Part shown: piece after piece, positions 43,701-52,700 of the stretch | How positions within the stretch are numbered: position 1 is the first letter of the stretch | How the letters are laid out: each line of letters begins with the position of its first letter | Assembly (NCBI GenBank): GCA_016281055.1 | Contig: JAEEHW010000085.1 | Coordinates: forward strand, 15,203-79,202 | Origin: Prevotella sp. | Lineage (GTDB): Bacteria > Bacteroidota > Bacteroidia > Bacteroidales > Bacteroidaceae | Direction of reading: 5' to 3' | Length of the DNA stretch: 64,000 nt | Position numbers and translations under genes: made by a program | The notes under the pieces: model-generated | The model's input: the letters and a program-made list of their open reading frames with translations, nothing else | What the model was told of the DNA's origin: nothing | Database searches by the model: none

Positions 43701-46700
43701 CCAACGGTAACTCGTTCATACGTTCTTCTATGAACAAAGCTGCATACTGCGACGTGAACGGCGGACTGAAGGTTACCACGCTGCCTCCGGGTTCATACCG
43801 CATCAAGGCAGTCATCTTCGACCCTGCCAAGACACCGGCGTCTATCCATACCTTCACCATCGGTGAACAGTCAGTGAGCCTCGCAGCCACCAAGACAAAC
43901 TTCACGGAGGTGGAAAGTGAGATTGTCAACATTAACCAGCCTACAGACCTTCTCTGGATGCCTACGGATGATCAGGAGGCAGGTATCGACATCCTCTGTG
44001 TCTATGACACTCAGATGCCTACGGCAGAGACACCGACAATCACTGTTGATGACGAGAACCACACCTTCACCCTTACCACTACGGAGGAAACGGGTAAGAT
44101 GTACTATACGCTCGACGGTACTGTGCCTACACGTAACAACGGCATCCTTTATGAGGGTACGCCAGTGTTGCTGACAAGCAACTGTGTCATCAGGGCTATC
44201 ACCATTGCATCTGAGAAATTGCCGTCACAGGTGGCCATGCGTCCAACTGACTTCACCACCTACCGTCTGACGGTTCTTGCACAGCCAAAGACATACGGTT
44301 CGGTGAGCGTCAGCCCGAAGAGTCTTGACGGTTCATACATTGCAGGTTCAGAGTTGAAACTGACGGCTCGCGCCAAGGCTGGCTACGCTTTTGTTGGCTG
44401 GTCAACCACTAAGGATGGTGAGATAATCTCTACCGACCACATCAAGACCGTGACGGTGGCTGAGGCAGGTAATACCTACTATGCACACTTCGACAAGGGC
44501 GTGGCAGGATATGTTAAGTTCGACATCTTTAACGGCCGTATGCTCGATGTAGAAGGAGATTTGGTGGCAGAGTTCTCTGATGTAGCGGACGATCTCGCAG
44601 AACTTGAGGAATACGTGCACAGCTGCAGAATATTCCCAACAGACTTTGTTCAGACACACGCCATCAATATCCCGACGGCATACACCATGTTCATGGACTT
44701 AGGTGTTTCTGATCAGTATTCATTCGCTCTGCAGTACTGGCTCGACAAGGATTCGCTCGATGCAGGCAAGACCGTGCGTTATGAGCTCGGTGAGAGCCGT
44801 ATGTTTAAGGAAGAGGGTCAGCATGTAACGCTCGTTCCTGTATTCAAGGACAATGGCAACTACAACCTGCTTAGCAACCGTAAGTCCGGATGTGAAATCA
44901 TGTGGGACTTCCGCACAGGTTTTGGTGCACAATCGCTTACGCTGAAGCGCAGTGCTACGAATGTTTATTACTCCACCCATGCCGATATCATTGGCACGGG
45001 CAGCTACGGTCAGACCACCATCGATGTGCCAGTGCTGTTCCGCACCGCTGACGCTGCTGTCAACAACGATGACGAGCCAGTGATAACCAATGAGAACATC
45101 GATACATGGATGACCATGGTAGAGGGTACGGAGATTATCATACCGTCAGGCAAGGGTGCAGAGTTCACACTCGCCACCTACGCTCCTATTAATAAGGTGG
45201 GTGGTACCACGGTCAATGGTCAGGCACCTGACAACATCGACGATGAGTACATCCCACGCACAGAGGAAGGCGGCTACATATATAAGTGGACTGTGGATGA
45301 TACAGACCTGCAGGATACGCTGCGCATAGGCAACGACTATTCTTACTACCAGTATCTTACTGCCGTATTGCCTAACGCTGAGCATCAGTATCTCTCCGTA
45401 TCGTCAGCCAACACTGGTATGGGTACTGTTGTGGTGGAACCAGAGACTATTCTCACAGAGAACGGCTACGAATACACCAATGGCAGCGTAGTGACAGTAA
45501 AGGCACGCCGCAACCGTTTCTATGACCTCAGCTATTGGGAGGATGAGGACGGCTGTCGCTTCTATACCGACGGGCATTACGAAGACAAGACTGGCGCGAA
45601 CCTCGGACAGTATGATGGTCGTCGTATAGACGATGTCGTATATTCTGATCCTACTGACAGTACCATTACCGTGACACTGGGCAAGAGTCTTGCGCTGAAG
45701 GCATACTTCGTGGAGAAGCAGTCATACTATGTTGACTTCTCAGCCGGCGGTGAGGCGGAGGGCCTCCCACCATACCAACAGCATGTGGAATGGGATGAGA
45801 AGTTCGTAATGCCGTCGCGCAACCAGCAGTTGTATCTCGAGGGATACACTCTCGACTACTATACAGATGCAGATGGCAACCGCTATGACTTCGGACAGAA
45901 GTACCTCGTGACGAAGAATATCCTTCTCACTCCGCACTTCAGACTCAATGCCGTGTCTGTCTCAGACCTCGCAGAGCCAGCCACCGTCACATGGCCGCTG
46001 GCGGTAAGCGAGGGAGCAACAGAGATAGCATTCAGCAAGTCGGCTGGTATCATTGTTGACCAGCTCCACATTGGCAACGACTTCATCGATATGCCTTGCC
46101 GCATCGACGGCAACAAGGGAGCCGCTGTTAATACTACTCCGGAAGAGGGCTGCCAGGTGACCAGCGGATGTCTCATGACGATACCTGTCACCCACGGCTG
46201 TACCATTGCGTTGAGTTCAGCAAGTGGCAACCTCGTCAACACTTCCATTGCCGGTACTTCGTCGCAGAATCTCGGACGTACCACTGGACTGTATAATGTC
46301 GGCACAACGGCAAGTGTTGTATATGACGGTACCGCTACCACTGAGACAGTACAGTTCCGTGAGTCGCGCGAGTGTCTGTGGCTTAAGGTTACATATCCTG
46401 TCATTGGCACAAAGCCACAGCTCAGCACTGTTACCGTGGGCGGACTGTCACTCTCTGAGGAACAGGTGGCAGAACTCAATGCCAACGGAACACTGACCGT
46501 CACATCTACTCCTGACTATGAGGAGAATAGCGTGAGCACCGTTGCTGCTACTGCCACTAATGGCGGTACGGTGACCGTTACTCAGGCTACACCGTCAGTA
46601 CACACTGCATCGCTCATCCTCAAGGATGCCGGCGGCACGCTGGTGGCATCATACAACATCGACTTCAACTTCGTTGGAGTCACTGCTCCTGCAATCACCA

Positions 46701-49216
46701 GTGTCAAGGTGTCTGGCAAGAACGCCACTGCCGATGGCTCGACAACCGTCAGTGGGGCAGGGGTGAACGGTGTTGTCACCTTCACCTTCAACCACGCTAT
46801 GAGCGGTGTTGTGCTGCCAAGTGATAAGCACGGACTTGCTGTAACAGAAGACGGCGGCAATATCACGGGCGTGGCAACATCCAAGGAGGTATATGGCAGC
46901 AATGTCTATACGCTCAGGTTCACATACTGGGGACTGACTGCCGGCACTCATATCATGACAATTCCGGCAAATACCCTCACCGATGCCTTCGGTACTCCAT
47001 ATCCGACGGATATAACGGTGAAGTTCACCGTAGTGGAAAACAGTGTGTCGGTTAAGCGTAACTTCAACTTCATTGTGACGCACAAACAGTCATGGGATGC
47101 CAAGACGCAGACTGCCGGTGAACGTGTGCAGACCGTTCCTAATGACGTCCTTGCAAACCTCGATGCGTTGGACATCAAGTATGGCACCATCGAGGAGGCC
47201 ATCAATGCCGCCAATGCAGCAACAGGTACCGACCGCTATTACATCTTCGTTCCTGACGGAGAGTATCAGACGAAGGGTACCGACAATGATGCCCTCACAA
47301 CCAATTACGGTCCTGGTCAGAAATACTATGACACCAAGGACGGTGAGGGATTCGAGGCTTACGGCTACTACAACGGTCGCACGTTCCTTACCCGCGACAA
47401 TGTCTCCATCATCGGACAGAGCCGCGACGGTACGGTGATATTCAATGACCCGTATCTGTATGGCATATCATACTCTTCTACTATGGAGGTGCGCAATAAG
47501 GTCAAGGACAGTTACTTCCAGGATCTGACCTTCGACAACCGCTACTCTAACTTCCAAGTGGAACGTGGTGATCCTAACCCAACGGGAGCAGCTGTCGCTG
47601 TATATGACCGAGGCATACACTCCGTATGGAAGAATGTGGCAATGAAGGGTTATCAGGATACATACGTGGCAGGTTCCAGCACAAGCGGAAGCACCACGCA
47701 GCCTGGTACGTTCCACACTTATCGCTATTATGAGGACTGCCAGATCTGGGGTACTGTCGATTTCATCTGCGGTTCAGGTGACTCATGGTGGGAGCGTCCG
47801 GAAATAATGCTCCGCAAGCGCGTTACGAGCAACAACATCGTGGCGGCACGCAACTTCTACACCAATATGTCACGCAACTATGAGGGTGATGACTATATGT
47901 TCAGTGAGGACTGGGGCTTCGTATTCAACGAAGGCGTAGTGAAGGCTGAGAGCAGTACAGCGTACAGTGCACAGAATGGTAAGTACACCATTGCACGTAC
48001 ATGGGATAACTCTCCTGCCAACACATTCCTCAAGACACGTTATTACGTTATGCCGACAGCAACGGGATACAGCACGATGAACCAGAACCTGCTCTGCCGC
48101 ATGCATGAGTATGGCTCGCTCAATGCCGACGGAACACCGGCCGACCTCACCAAGCGTACGCTTCGTGCGGCTACACCGGCGGCTGGCTCTGATGACTGCA
48201 TACTTACTGCAGGGCAGGCTGCGCAATATACGTTGCATAACGTGCTTGGTGGCGACGACGCGTTCGATCCGACCATACACACTAAGCAGATATCCATGGA
48301 AAATGCCCTCATCAGAAACAATACCAGCGACAATGGTGACTGTATCATTACATGGAATCAGGTTGAGGATGCCCTCTGCTATTTCATCTTCCGTATTGAT
48401 GAGGCTACCGGCGATACGTTGTTCTTTAGCGTTTCATCGGATGCTTCGTTCAAGCCGGGTGATGCTCAGGCAGGAAGACGCTTCCTTGTTCGTGCCGCCA
48501 ATGAGCGCGGGGGACTGGGTGCTCCGTCTAATATCTTGAAATATGAGTTGCTTGATACCTACACTGTTACTGTCAAGGAGGTTGGTCCAGTATCTGGCAA
48601 GGGTTGGAGTACCGTCTGCCTGCCTGTTGATGCTACGTTCACGGAAAGCAGCGATCTTACGGTATATGCCGCTATTGCTGCAGAGAAGACCACTCTGAAG
48701 TTGAAGAAGGTGACTCCGAATGAAGGATTGAAGGCTGGACGTGGATATATCATCTATGCTACGGCACCTGCCACCTATACCTTTAAGGGTACCCACAGAA
48801 ATGCTATACCAGTATATGGTGGTCAGTATTCAGTACTCGAAGGTAATCCGGAGGATCATGCCGTCAGCGTTGGCACGCTCAATATCTATACGCTTGCATA
48901 CAAGTCAGAGATAAGTAGTGAGGTTGGCTTCTACAAGTTCGTGGGCAGTCAGATTCCGGCATACAAGGCATATCTCTCTACCGACTACCTCGCAAGTCAG
49001 GGCATTCATCTTGATGCCGGCTCCAAGGGCATAAACTTCATCTTCGACGATGAAGACTGGGATGAGGAAACCACTGATGTGCAGGGTGTCAGCGAAGACA
49101 CTGATGAAATGAAAGCAGTATATGACCTCTCAGGCAAACCTGTTGAGCGCTCACAGATGCGCAAGGGCCAGATATACATCATAAATGGTGAGAAGAAACT
49201 CTGGGAAGGTGAGTAA
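37796..49216 (+). CDS. giant modular secreted surface protein, paralog 3 (3806 aa), with a largely intact CE8 pectinesterase-like module and a T9SS-CTD-like tail
   Basis: ORF track. Signal RFVTTLWLVLLMFVMGGVKSWA. Ig-like modules are present (TSYQWY..TYYIYCKATNVVG; VNYQWY..SYYFYCVASNAVG; TSYQWY..KYYYCIAENSKG). There are three Big_2-like modules, InlB-B-repeat-like modules (LYKEGYTLTGWSDGTNTY..VEFTPVF) and a CHB_HEX_C-like module (KMYYTLDGTVPT). Confidence 0.9.
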   Translation: MDKHRNILHLDVRTSRFVTTLWLVLLMFVMGGVKSWATTIFSLSTSQATDQTITYGATIDPIDASNATVSGGSVAVVSLRSPAENTDKYTYNGNFYFGTNSVGFKVTLNTTLSAGDVIEYTATNQLRFTIAGANSGGVVTTASSTSYTVKSTDEICGQSVIYIWRANGAGTSFNNMSITHVEVDHSNDFEAVVNNQTGTLLTSGEQVQGTVLTFGVANDGTRVASNSPSAVGVISGTYHSEHGMTGMTVTTDVLGPVRITVGACTYSTNAITVTNSANDVVATKNPLINCWKNNRSNVTVLYYNGAPTTLTISGMQFCPYIKVEAIAASEIPSTVNVSFAKGDAVGNAPAAKEVGIGSEYTLPENRSLYKEGYTLTGWSDGTNTYAPGDTYTLGDVDVEFTPVFTANTKSLGDRTASVSLTWTFGENSGAPTVSWQNKSDQPLVTQVTVSGETIDVPLWINTETSGSKFANASRGDKWAQVTSGAVLTAPSCKGATIKMEAYSAISTTTINGGVDYESGTVITSTVTGDGETAAVVIGDGQYYSYIKVTLPALLPEFTSNLASTYRVQTSVDRILSVSADYATSYQWYTATAADKTGETAIAGANSASYTFNRATAGTYYIYCKATNVVGTVASRVATITVSDVLPTFDFTDWSNATVTKLKADEAWNTARDATASVDASHYNTDSNNDSVNDKYIMGGAWTDNVAGGTLMANNAVIPETFGLDFGGPLTNNASAIVYDQQVDYTLPLTFNYQGAKYLQPGANKGFLIPNVRVGSTLRFNIEAHDFSSASGINLFLGGADGTNLTNATTANGWLTTTQSTPSIELTSALVGNNDYVDIYVQPTAVMHIYTIEAEMALGVTTKTKTANVGDTYTLTEGRDYFSGTGGGAISFASMNTEIATVDATGKITAVAPGTVKIAVIRAASGNYAEHADTLAFTVDAPVSVTYDKGDAEGALPPTAMNMSYNKGTVITLPAGPNLYLYKEGYTMQGWTDGTADYDFGAEYTVTSDVTIYPKFAANTKTLATRSGTAEVLLDLQRKNGTPTLAIENKAGILVVQSDVDGETIDVKIAYDTRPGKIANGNWDDWCQVNNGTTFQLPSCAGAVLSFETYNATKTTTIDGEAMSTNESQTPSVNITSTANPITVVMGGDLEYMRWIKILLPAKPKFTVNLSGTYRLIQGRSKTLSIETDQVVNYQWYRNTTASNTGGTVIVGATSHEYGFATDAETEPGSYYFYCVASNAVGEIVSGVATVIVESVTKNHTFDFTNWSETSFEALAADNVNWSEKEKVSGSGNDGVGYYNHVAITNAILAADGHEIGETFPLRFTGGAHTLGMINALPSTDIGTYAGEQYLWMFKGNSMVIPNVKMGTDITLGMESHKTSDLRGFTIYYGNAATDEWTSLGDYKTRTYIDTLVSIPDGAGYCDVKLSCVAHTHLYYIDCTYNDFALLKDDQRISLGDEYTITRGVDYETSSNAALTFAISDPTVATVDASGVITTIKSGSTNLTITQAAHDGMPALAHTMTIRVVAPSDLNALKSEITIHEGDTYTLTRRTDYNTSSDAPVTYTSSDEDVISVSADGLITVNSDGDATIVIRQEANELYNAGVTRIIVHGVLATDYPTVVSNIGTEKTIFTYTSAKLDFVTTGATSYQWYTCDDEFMTNPVKIDGETSSYMFARHTSPDDKYYYCIAENSKGRVVSDVCHITSVRKVQWDFVSTSGVKERAEAGYMSSTSKGRLQCDQALEDQEMKLNSKEYVPVTEGLFITRQGNVLIGDSTNASNNRLQMAKGSIRIPGCLKDEIIVVNAEWATKKKGFIIPDTIGTNVRCSEEGMTKDSLIGQAMDYKFVVTADGSVTLNFMEAALHSITIQSAHATMMQTYDVKAVPKNDESNVLKTYVSGGKGWTDSFVRVPYSYWLKDADGKLYTLRGASDAPLEETFSLESDTTFLIKYNTTDVENVVFLSEAEDIDGAKACTNGNSFIRSSMNKAAYCDVNGGLKVTTLPPGSYRIKAVIFDPAKTPASIHTFTIGEQSVSLAATKTNFTEVESEIVNINQPTDLLWMPTDDQEAGIDILCVYDTQMPTAETPTITVDDENHTFTLTTTEETGKMYYTLDGTVPTRNNGILYEGTPVLLTSNCVIRAITIASEKLPSQVAMRPTDFTTYRLTVLAQPKTYGSVSVSPKSLDGSYIAGSELKLTARAKAGYAFVGWSTTKDGEIISTDHIKTVTVAEAGNTYYAHFDKGVAGYVKFDIFNGRMLDVEGDLVAEFSDVADDLAELEEYVHSCRIFPTDFVQTHAINIPTAYTMFMDLGVSDQYSFALQYWLDKDSLDAGKTVRYELGESRMFKEEGQHVTLVPVFKDNGNYNLLSNRKSGCEIMWDFRTGFGAQSLTLKRSATNVYYSTHADIIGTGSYGQTTIDVPVLFRTADAAVNNDDEPVITNENIDTWMTMVEGTEIIIPSGKGAEFTLATYAPINKVGGTTVNGQAPDNIDDEYIPRTEEGGYIYKWTVDDTDLQDTLRIGNDYSYYQYLTAVLPNAEHQYLSVSSANTGMGTVVVEPETILTENGYEYTNGSVVTVKARRNRFYDLSYWEDEDGCRFYTDGHYEDKTGANLGQYDGRRIDDVVYSDPTDSTITVTLGKSLALKAYFVEKQSYYVDFSAGGEAEGLPPYQQHVEWDEKFVMPSRNQQLYLEGYTLDYYTDADGNRYDFGQKYLVTKNILLTPHFRLNAVSVSDLAEPATVTWPLAVSEGATEIAFSKSAGIIVDQLHIGNDFIDMPCRIDGNKGAAVNTTPEEGCQVTSGCLMTIPVTHGCTIALSSASGNLVNTSIAGTSSQNLGRTTGLYNVGTTASVVYDGTATTETVQFRESRECLWLKVTYPVIGTKPQLSTVTVGGLSLSEEQVAELNANGTLTVTSTPDYEENSVSTVAATATNGGTVTVTQATPSVHTASLILKDAGGTLVASYNIDFNFVGVTAPAITSVKVSGKNATADGSTTVSGAGVNGVVTFTFNHAMSGVVLPSDKHGLAVTEDGGNITGVATSKEVYGSNVYTLRFTYWGLTAGTHIMTIPANTLTDAFGTPYPTDITVKFTVVENSVSVKRNFNFIVTHKQSWDAKTQTAGERVQTVPNDVLANLDALDIKYGTIEEAINAANAATGTDRYYIFVPDGEYQTKGTDNDALTTNYGPGQKYYDTKDGEGFEAYGYYNGRTFLTRDNVSIIGQSRDGTVIFNDPYLYGISYSSTMEVRNKVKDSYFQDLTFDNRYSNFQVERGDPNPTGAAVAVYDRGIHSVWKNVAMKGYQDTYVAGSSTSGSTTQPGTFHTYRYYEDCQIWGTVDFICGSGDSWWERPEIMLRKRVTSNNIVAARNFYTNMSRNYEGDDYMFSEDWGFVFNEGVVKAESSTAYSAQNGKYTIARTWDNSPANTFLKTRYYVMPTATGYSTMNQNLLCRMHEYGSLNADGTPADLTKRTLRAATPAAGSDDCILTAGQAAQYTLHNVLGGDDAFDPTIHTKQISMENALIRNNTSDNGDCIITWNQVEDALCYFIFRIDEATGDTLFFSVSSDASFKPGDAQAGRRFLVRAANERGGLGAPSNILKYELLDTYTVTVKEVGPVSGKGWSTVCLPVDATFTESSDLTVYAAIAAEKTTLKLKKVTPNEGLKAGRGYIIYATAPATYTFKGTHRNAIPVYGGQYSVLEGNPEDHAVSVGTLNIYTLAYKSEISSEVGFYKFVGSQIPAYKAYLSTDYLASQGIHLDAGSKGINFIFDDEDWDEETTDVQGVSEDTDEMKAVYDLSGKPVERSQMRKGQIYIINGEKKLWEGE
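47060..48300 (+). other. CE8 pectinesterase-like module, catalytic Asp pair retained, two other motifs altered
   Basis: GAAVAVYDRG (the first Gln is replaced by Ala); MKGYQDTY (about 47651-47662); WGTVDFICGS; YTIARTWDN (GRPW changed to ARTW, with Arg and Trp kept). Confidence 0.65.
49067..49213 (+). other. T9SS C-terminal sorting domain-like tail (paralog 3)
   Basis: ETTDVQGVSEDTDEMKAVYDLSGKPVERSQMRKGQIYIINGEKKLWEGE. Confidence 0.5.
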
Positions 49217-49247
49217 CTGAAATGCCTGATTTACAGCCTGATTCAGA

Positions 49248-49342
49248 GGGCGTTGTAAAAGCATAGGTATTACACTGTAAAAGCATAGATATTAGGAGGT
49301 AAAAGCATAGGTATTACACCCTAATACCTATGCTTTTACAAT
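49248..49342. repeat. 95-bp mosaic hairpin element (copy B)
   Basis: gggcgttgtaaaagcataggtattacactgtaaaagcatagatattaggaggtaaaagcataggtattacaccctaatacctatgcttttacaat. It contains a perfect 18-bp stem, 49299-49316 against 49322-49339. It has the same length and the same termini (GGGCGTTGTAA ... ACCTATGCTTTTACAAT) as copy A at 11208-11302. Confidence 0.85.
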
Positions 49343-49360
49343 ACAGTATGAATGATGGTG

Positions 49361-49514
49361 TATTAAGAATTAAGATTTAAGAATTGTGCATTGTGCATTA
49401 TGAATTATGCATTATGAATTATGCATTGTGAATTATGCATTATGCATTATGAATTATAAATTGTGCATTGTGCATTGTGCATTATGCATTGTGAATTATG
49501 CATTATGAATTGCA
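49361..49514. repeat. heptanucleotide satellite, ~22 tandem units (TGCATTR / TGAATTA variants)
   Basis: tattaag aattaag atttaag aattgtg cattgtg cattatg aattatg cattatg aattatg cattgtg aattatg cattatg cattatg aattata aattgtg cattgtg cattgtg cattatg cattgtg aattatg cattatg aattgca. Like the 2913-3010 array, it is followed by aaatgcc. Confidence 0.9.
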
Positions 49515-49587
49515 AATGCCACCTTTAATAAAAGTTAAAATAATAGCGAAAATTGTTAATTTCTTTCATTGTTTCATTCAAAAACAT

Positions 49588-49595
49588 TAATTTTG
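49588..49595 (+). promoter_or_regulatory. Bacteroidota -7 box TAATTTTG for the fourth giant gene
   Basis: Read in acattaattttgtagt, 139 nt upstream of ATG 49735. Confidence 0.4.
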
Positions 49596-49734
49596 TAGTT
49601 TGTTAAGGTATAACTATAACCGTGTCTATGGAAGAGAAATTGCGCCTTGACGCGTAACATATTGAAATATAACTGACTACTATTATATACATAGTATATA
49701 TAAAGGAGAAGATAACAAAAAAAAATTTAAGAAT

Positions 49735-52700
49735 ATGAAGAGAACTGACAGAATTCTTACAACCTTTAAGAGATTCTTTGTGCTGACAGTCATTGCGACA
49801 GTGGGCACTCTCTCTGCGTTTTCTCAATGGGATGGTAATACGCCTGGCTCTATTGCTGAGGCGGGTATTACTGGTACCGGAACAAACGGCGACCCTTACA
49901 TCATACGTGATGCAAAGGCCTTCGCTTATTTCGGTTCGGTAATGGCTGGCAACACCAACTATTGGGAAATTCCACAGGAAGTAGGGGAAATTGACCTCGG
50001 CAACAACGTATGGAAATACGGTGTGGCTGCTAGGATTAATGCTTCCTATTTTGCTGGACATTTCAATGGTAATGGAACGACCATCAAGAACTTCAAGTTG
50101 ACAAGCGCTGATAACTGTTGTAATACAGGCTTGTTCCTTGGTGTCAGCGGTACTGTGGAACGTCTTACCATAAGCAATGCTACCATGACCGATGGGAACA
50201 AGTATAACAATTGTAATTTTGGTATATTGTGTGCCTCGGTCAATAATGGTACAATATCGAAGTGTCAGGTTCTGAATAGTTCTATGACTTTCGACCACTC
50301 TGTTAGCGCATGGGGGTCTACTGTTTCTATAGGTGCCTTGGCTGGTAGCGTTACAGGTTCTGGTGTGATTACCGACAGTAAGGTGACGGGTACTACCATA
50401 ACTGTAGCAGGCGGTGCAAATGGTGCAGATGACTGTACGGGAACATTCCTCTTTGTGGGCGGTGTTGCTGGTAATGTTGCTTCCACCAGTAACCTCAATC
50501 GTTGCGGTGCAAGTGGCGTGAAAATCAATATGCCTATCAAGCGTGGTACCGGATGGAATAACGGTAGCTATGGTCAGGGCCATATTGCTGCCGGCGGTGT
50601 CGTAGGTAATGTAAAGCAGCCTTGTACGGGTATGCCGGAGAATCTTTGTGCATACAATTGTAAGATATACTGCCCAATGGGTTCTGTCGGTCCAGTAGCC
50701 GGTATGTTCCTGAAGGCTGGCGCTTGGACTGAATATGGTACTTCTGACCAGACTGTCAGTGATGACTATTCTGCTGAGAATGGCAATGTCAGTGCTGCCA
50801 ACAGAGAAAAGACATCGTCATGGATGTATAATGGATATATGCTGGGTCTCAACAGTGAGATACAGAGTCAGAATACTTTCTCAAGAAACTATTCTGCTTC
50901 ACCGACGACAGTTGACGGTATCGACTACCTTAATGTGGGTGATGCTGCTACCTCTTTGCCAAGGAAAAACAGAGTGGATAACAGCCAGCGTCAGTCACGT
51001 ACTGTGTTGTGGTACACACAAAACAATGGTAGCCAGGCTAACAATGCCGATAACCAGGGTATTATTCCAAGTTATAGTAATAGTAGCTGGAGTACTTTTA
51101 ATGCACCAGTCTATAGCTATTTCATGCAGGGCTACAACGTCGGTACATACGTTGAGAGTTCACAGGCAGAGGAATTCATCAATGGTTTGGCAAAGGTGGA
51201 CAAGCTTGCCATCATCAAACTCGTCGATTTGAACCGTGGTCAGCGTGGTAAAGGTGCACATAGTATCCAGGCTACTGTCACAGAGGGTACCAACCCTGTG
51301 ACACTTAAGTGGTATGTTGATGCTGCCGAGCAGACTGGAGTCACTGGCACAACATGTGAGGCGTCGCCGAAATATTCATCTACGGTAACGGTTACTTGTA
51401 TGGCATCAGACGGTGCTTCTGCAGTGCTCACCCTGCCAAGGGCTTATCTGCCGACATTAAACTCACCGCACATGACCGACGACAAGGGTTCTGCTGCTTC
51501 TCCTTACATGACTACGCAGAAGGGTACAGTCGTTGAAGACAACAATACGCGCGGTAAGGCAATAAACCCGTATGTCATCACAGATGAGGAAGAACTCAGG
51601 TTGTGGTCAGAGTTGTCACGCCTCTCTGGTACCATTGAGAATGGTATCGATGAGAATGGTAATCCGATAATGGATGACGCAGACCACTTCAATACATCAA
51701 ACTTCCTCCTTGAGACAAACGTGAAGTTTGATACGGAGAAGGCCGATGACTTGACTGGGTTGACGGAAAAAATGACGTTCAAGGATAAAAATGGCAAAAC
51801 CCTTAATGCTATTACATATGATAATACTCAGTACAGGGTACGCCATAAGTTCAATCCTGCATATCATTTCGAGCCTATATGCGGCTTCACCTCAGAGGAC
51901 ATCTATGATGCGAAGCATACATTCCGCGGAACCTTCGACGGACAGGCCCACACCATCAGTGGTATCCGTCAGGTATGGCGTGGCGGTACGCTCAATATGG
52001 CGTATTCTGAACGTGCAACGCAGAACTGGGGTCTCTTCGGCTGTATCGGTGGCGACAAGAGCCATCCGGCTGTAGTCAAGAACTTCATCATTGAGGATGC
52101 CAAGTTTGAGCATGATGTATATAATGGCTCGTTCATGTATGCAAGTGCAATGAACTGTAAGGCACGTTATGATGATACACGTGGTACCAGCGTTGCAGTA
52201 GGTGTAGTTGCCGGTATGGTGACCAACAACTCTACTGTGACCAACATTGATGTCAGAAAGAGCTCTATTTACGCATCATGTGTGGACTGGTATGTTTCTG
52301 TTAATGATTATTGCTTGATAGACCTCTCAGCTTCTAGGGGCGCATATCACCTTTGGGTGGGTGGTGCCATTGGTAGGACACAGGCTGCTTTCGATACGCA
52401 GCGTGGTGACATCGGCGGTAGCATCAGCATCAACAAGATTTCTGTTGATGTTGACCTTGACGTGTTCCCGGTTCGTGTTAAGGGAACAGGCTTTAACTAT
52501 GGCTTCGATAATCCTGACAATAGCTATTCCGCAAGATCAAAACGCTTCTTGGCAAACATCGGTGGTATCGTAGGTTCTATGTACAGCAGTGGTAACTGGT
52601 CATCACTGCCTTGGCCACAGCAGGCGTTCTTCACAGGTCAGATGCGTGGTATGTGTACCATTTCTGGTCCTATCTTCGGTTTCGTGAACTATGGTTCTAT

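Noticed and set aside
16235-49216. Cohesin modules inside the giant proteins as partners of the dockerin
   Set aside because: I could not recognise any cohesin signature by eye among the many beta-sandwich-like modules. This is kept only as a testable hypothesis, not as a feature.
11208-49342. Calling the 38-kb segment a mobile genomic island
   Set aside because: It is bracketed by related 95-bp elements, but I saw no integrase, transposase, tRNA attachment site or conjugation genes. The accessory locus also continues beyond copy B.
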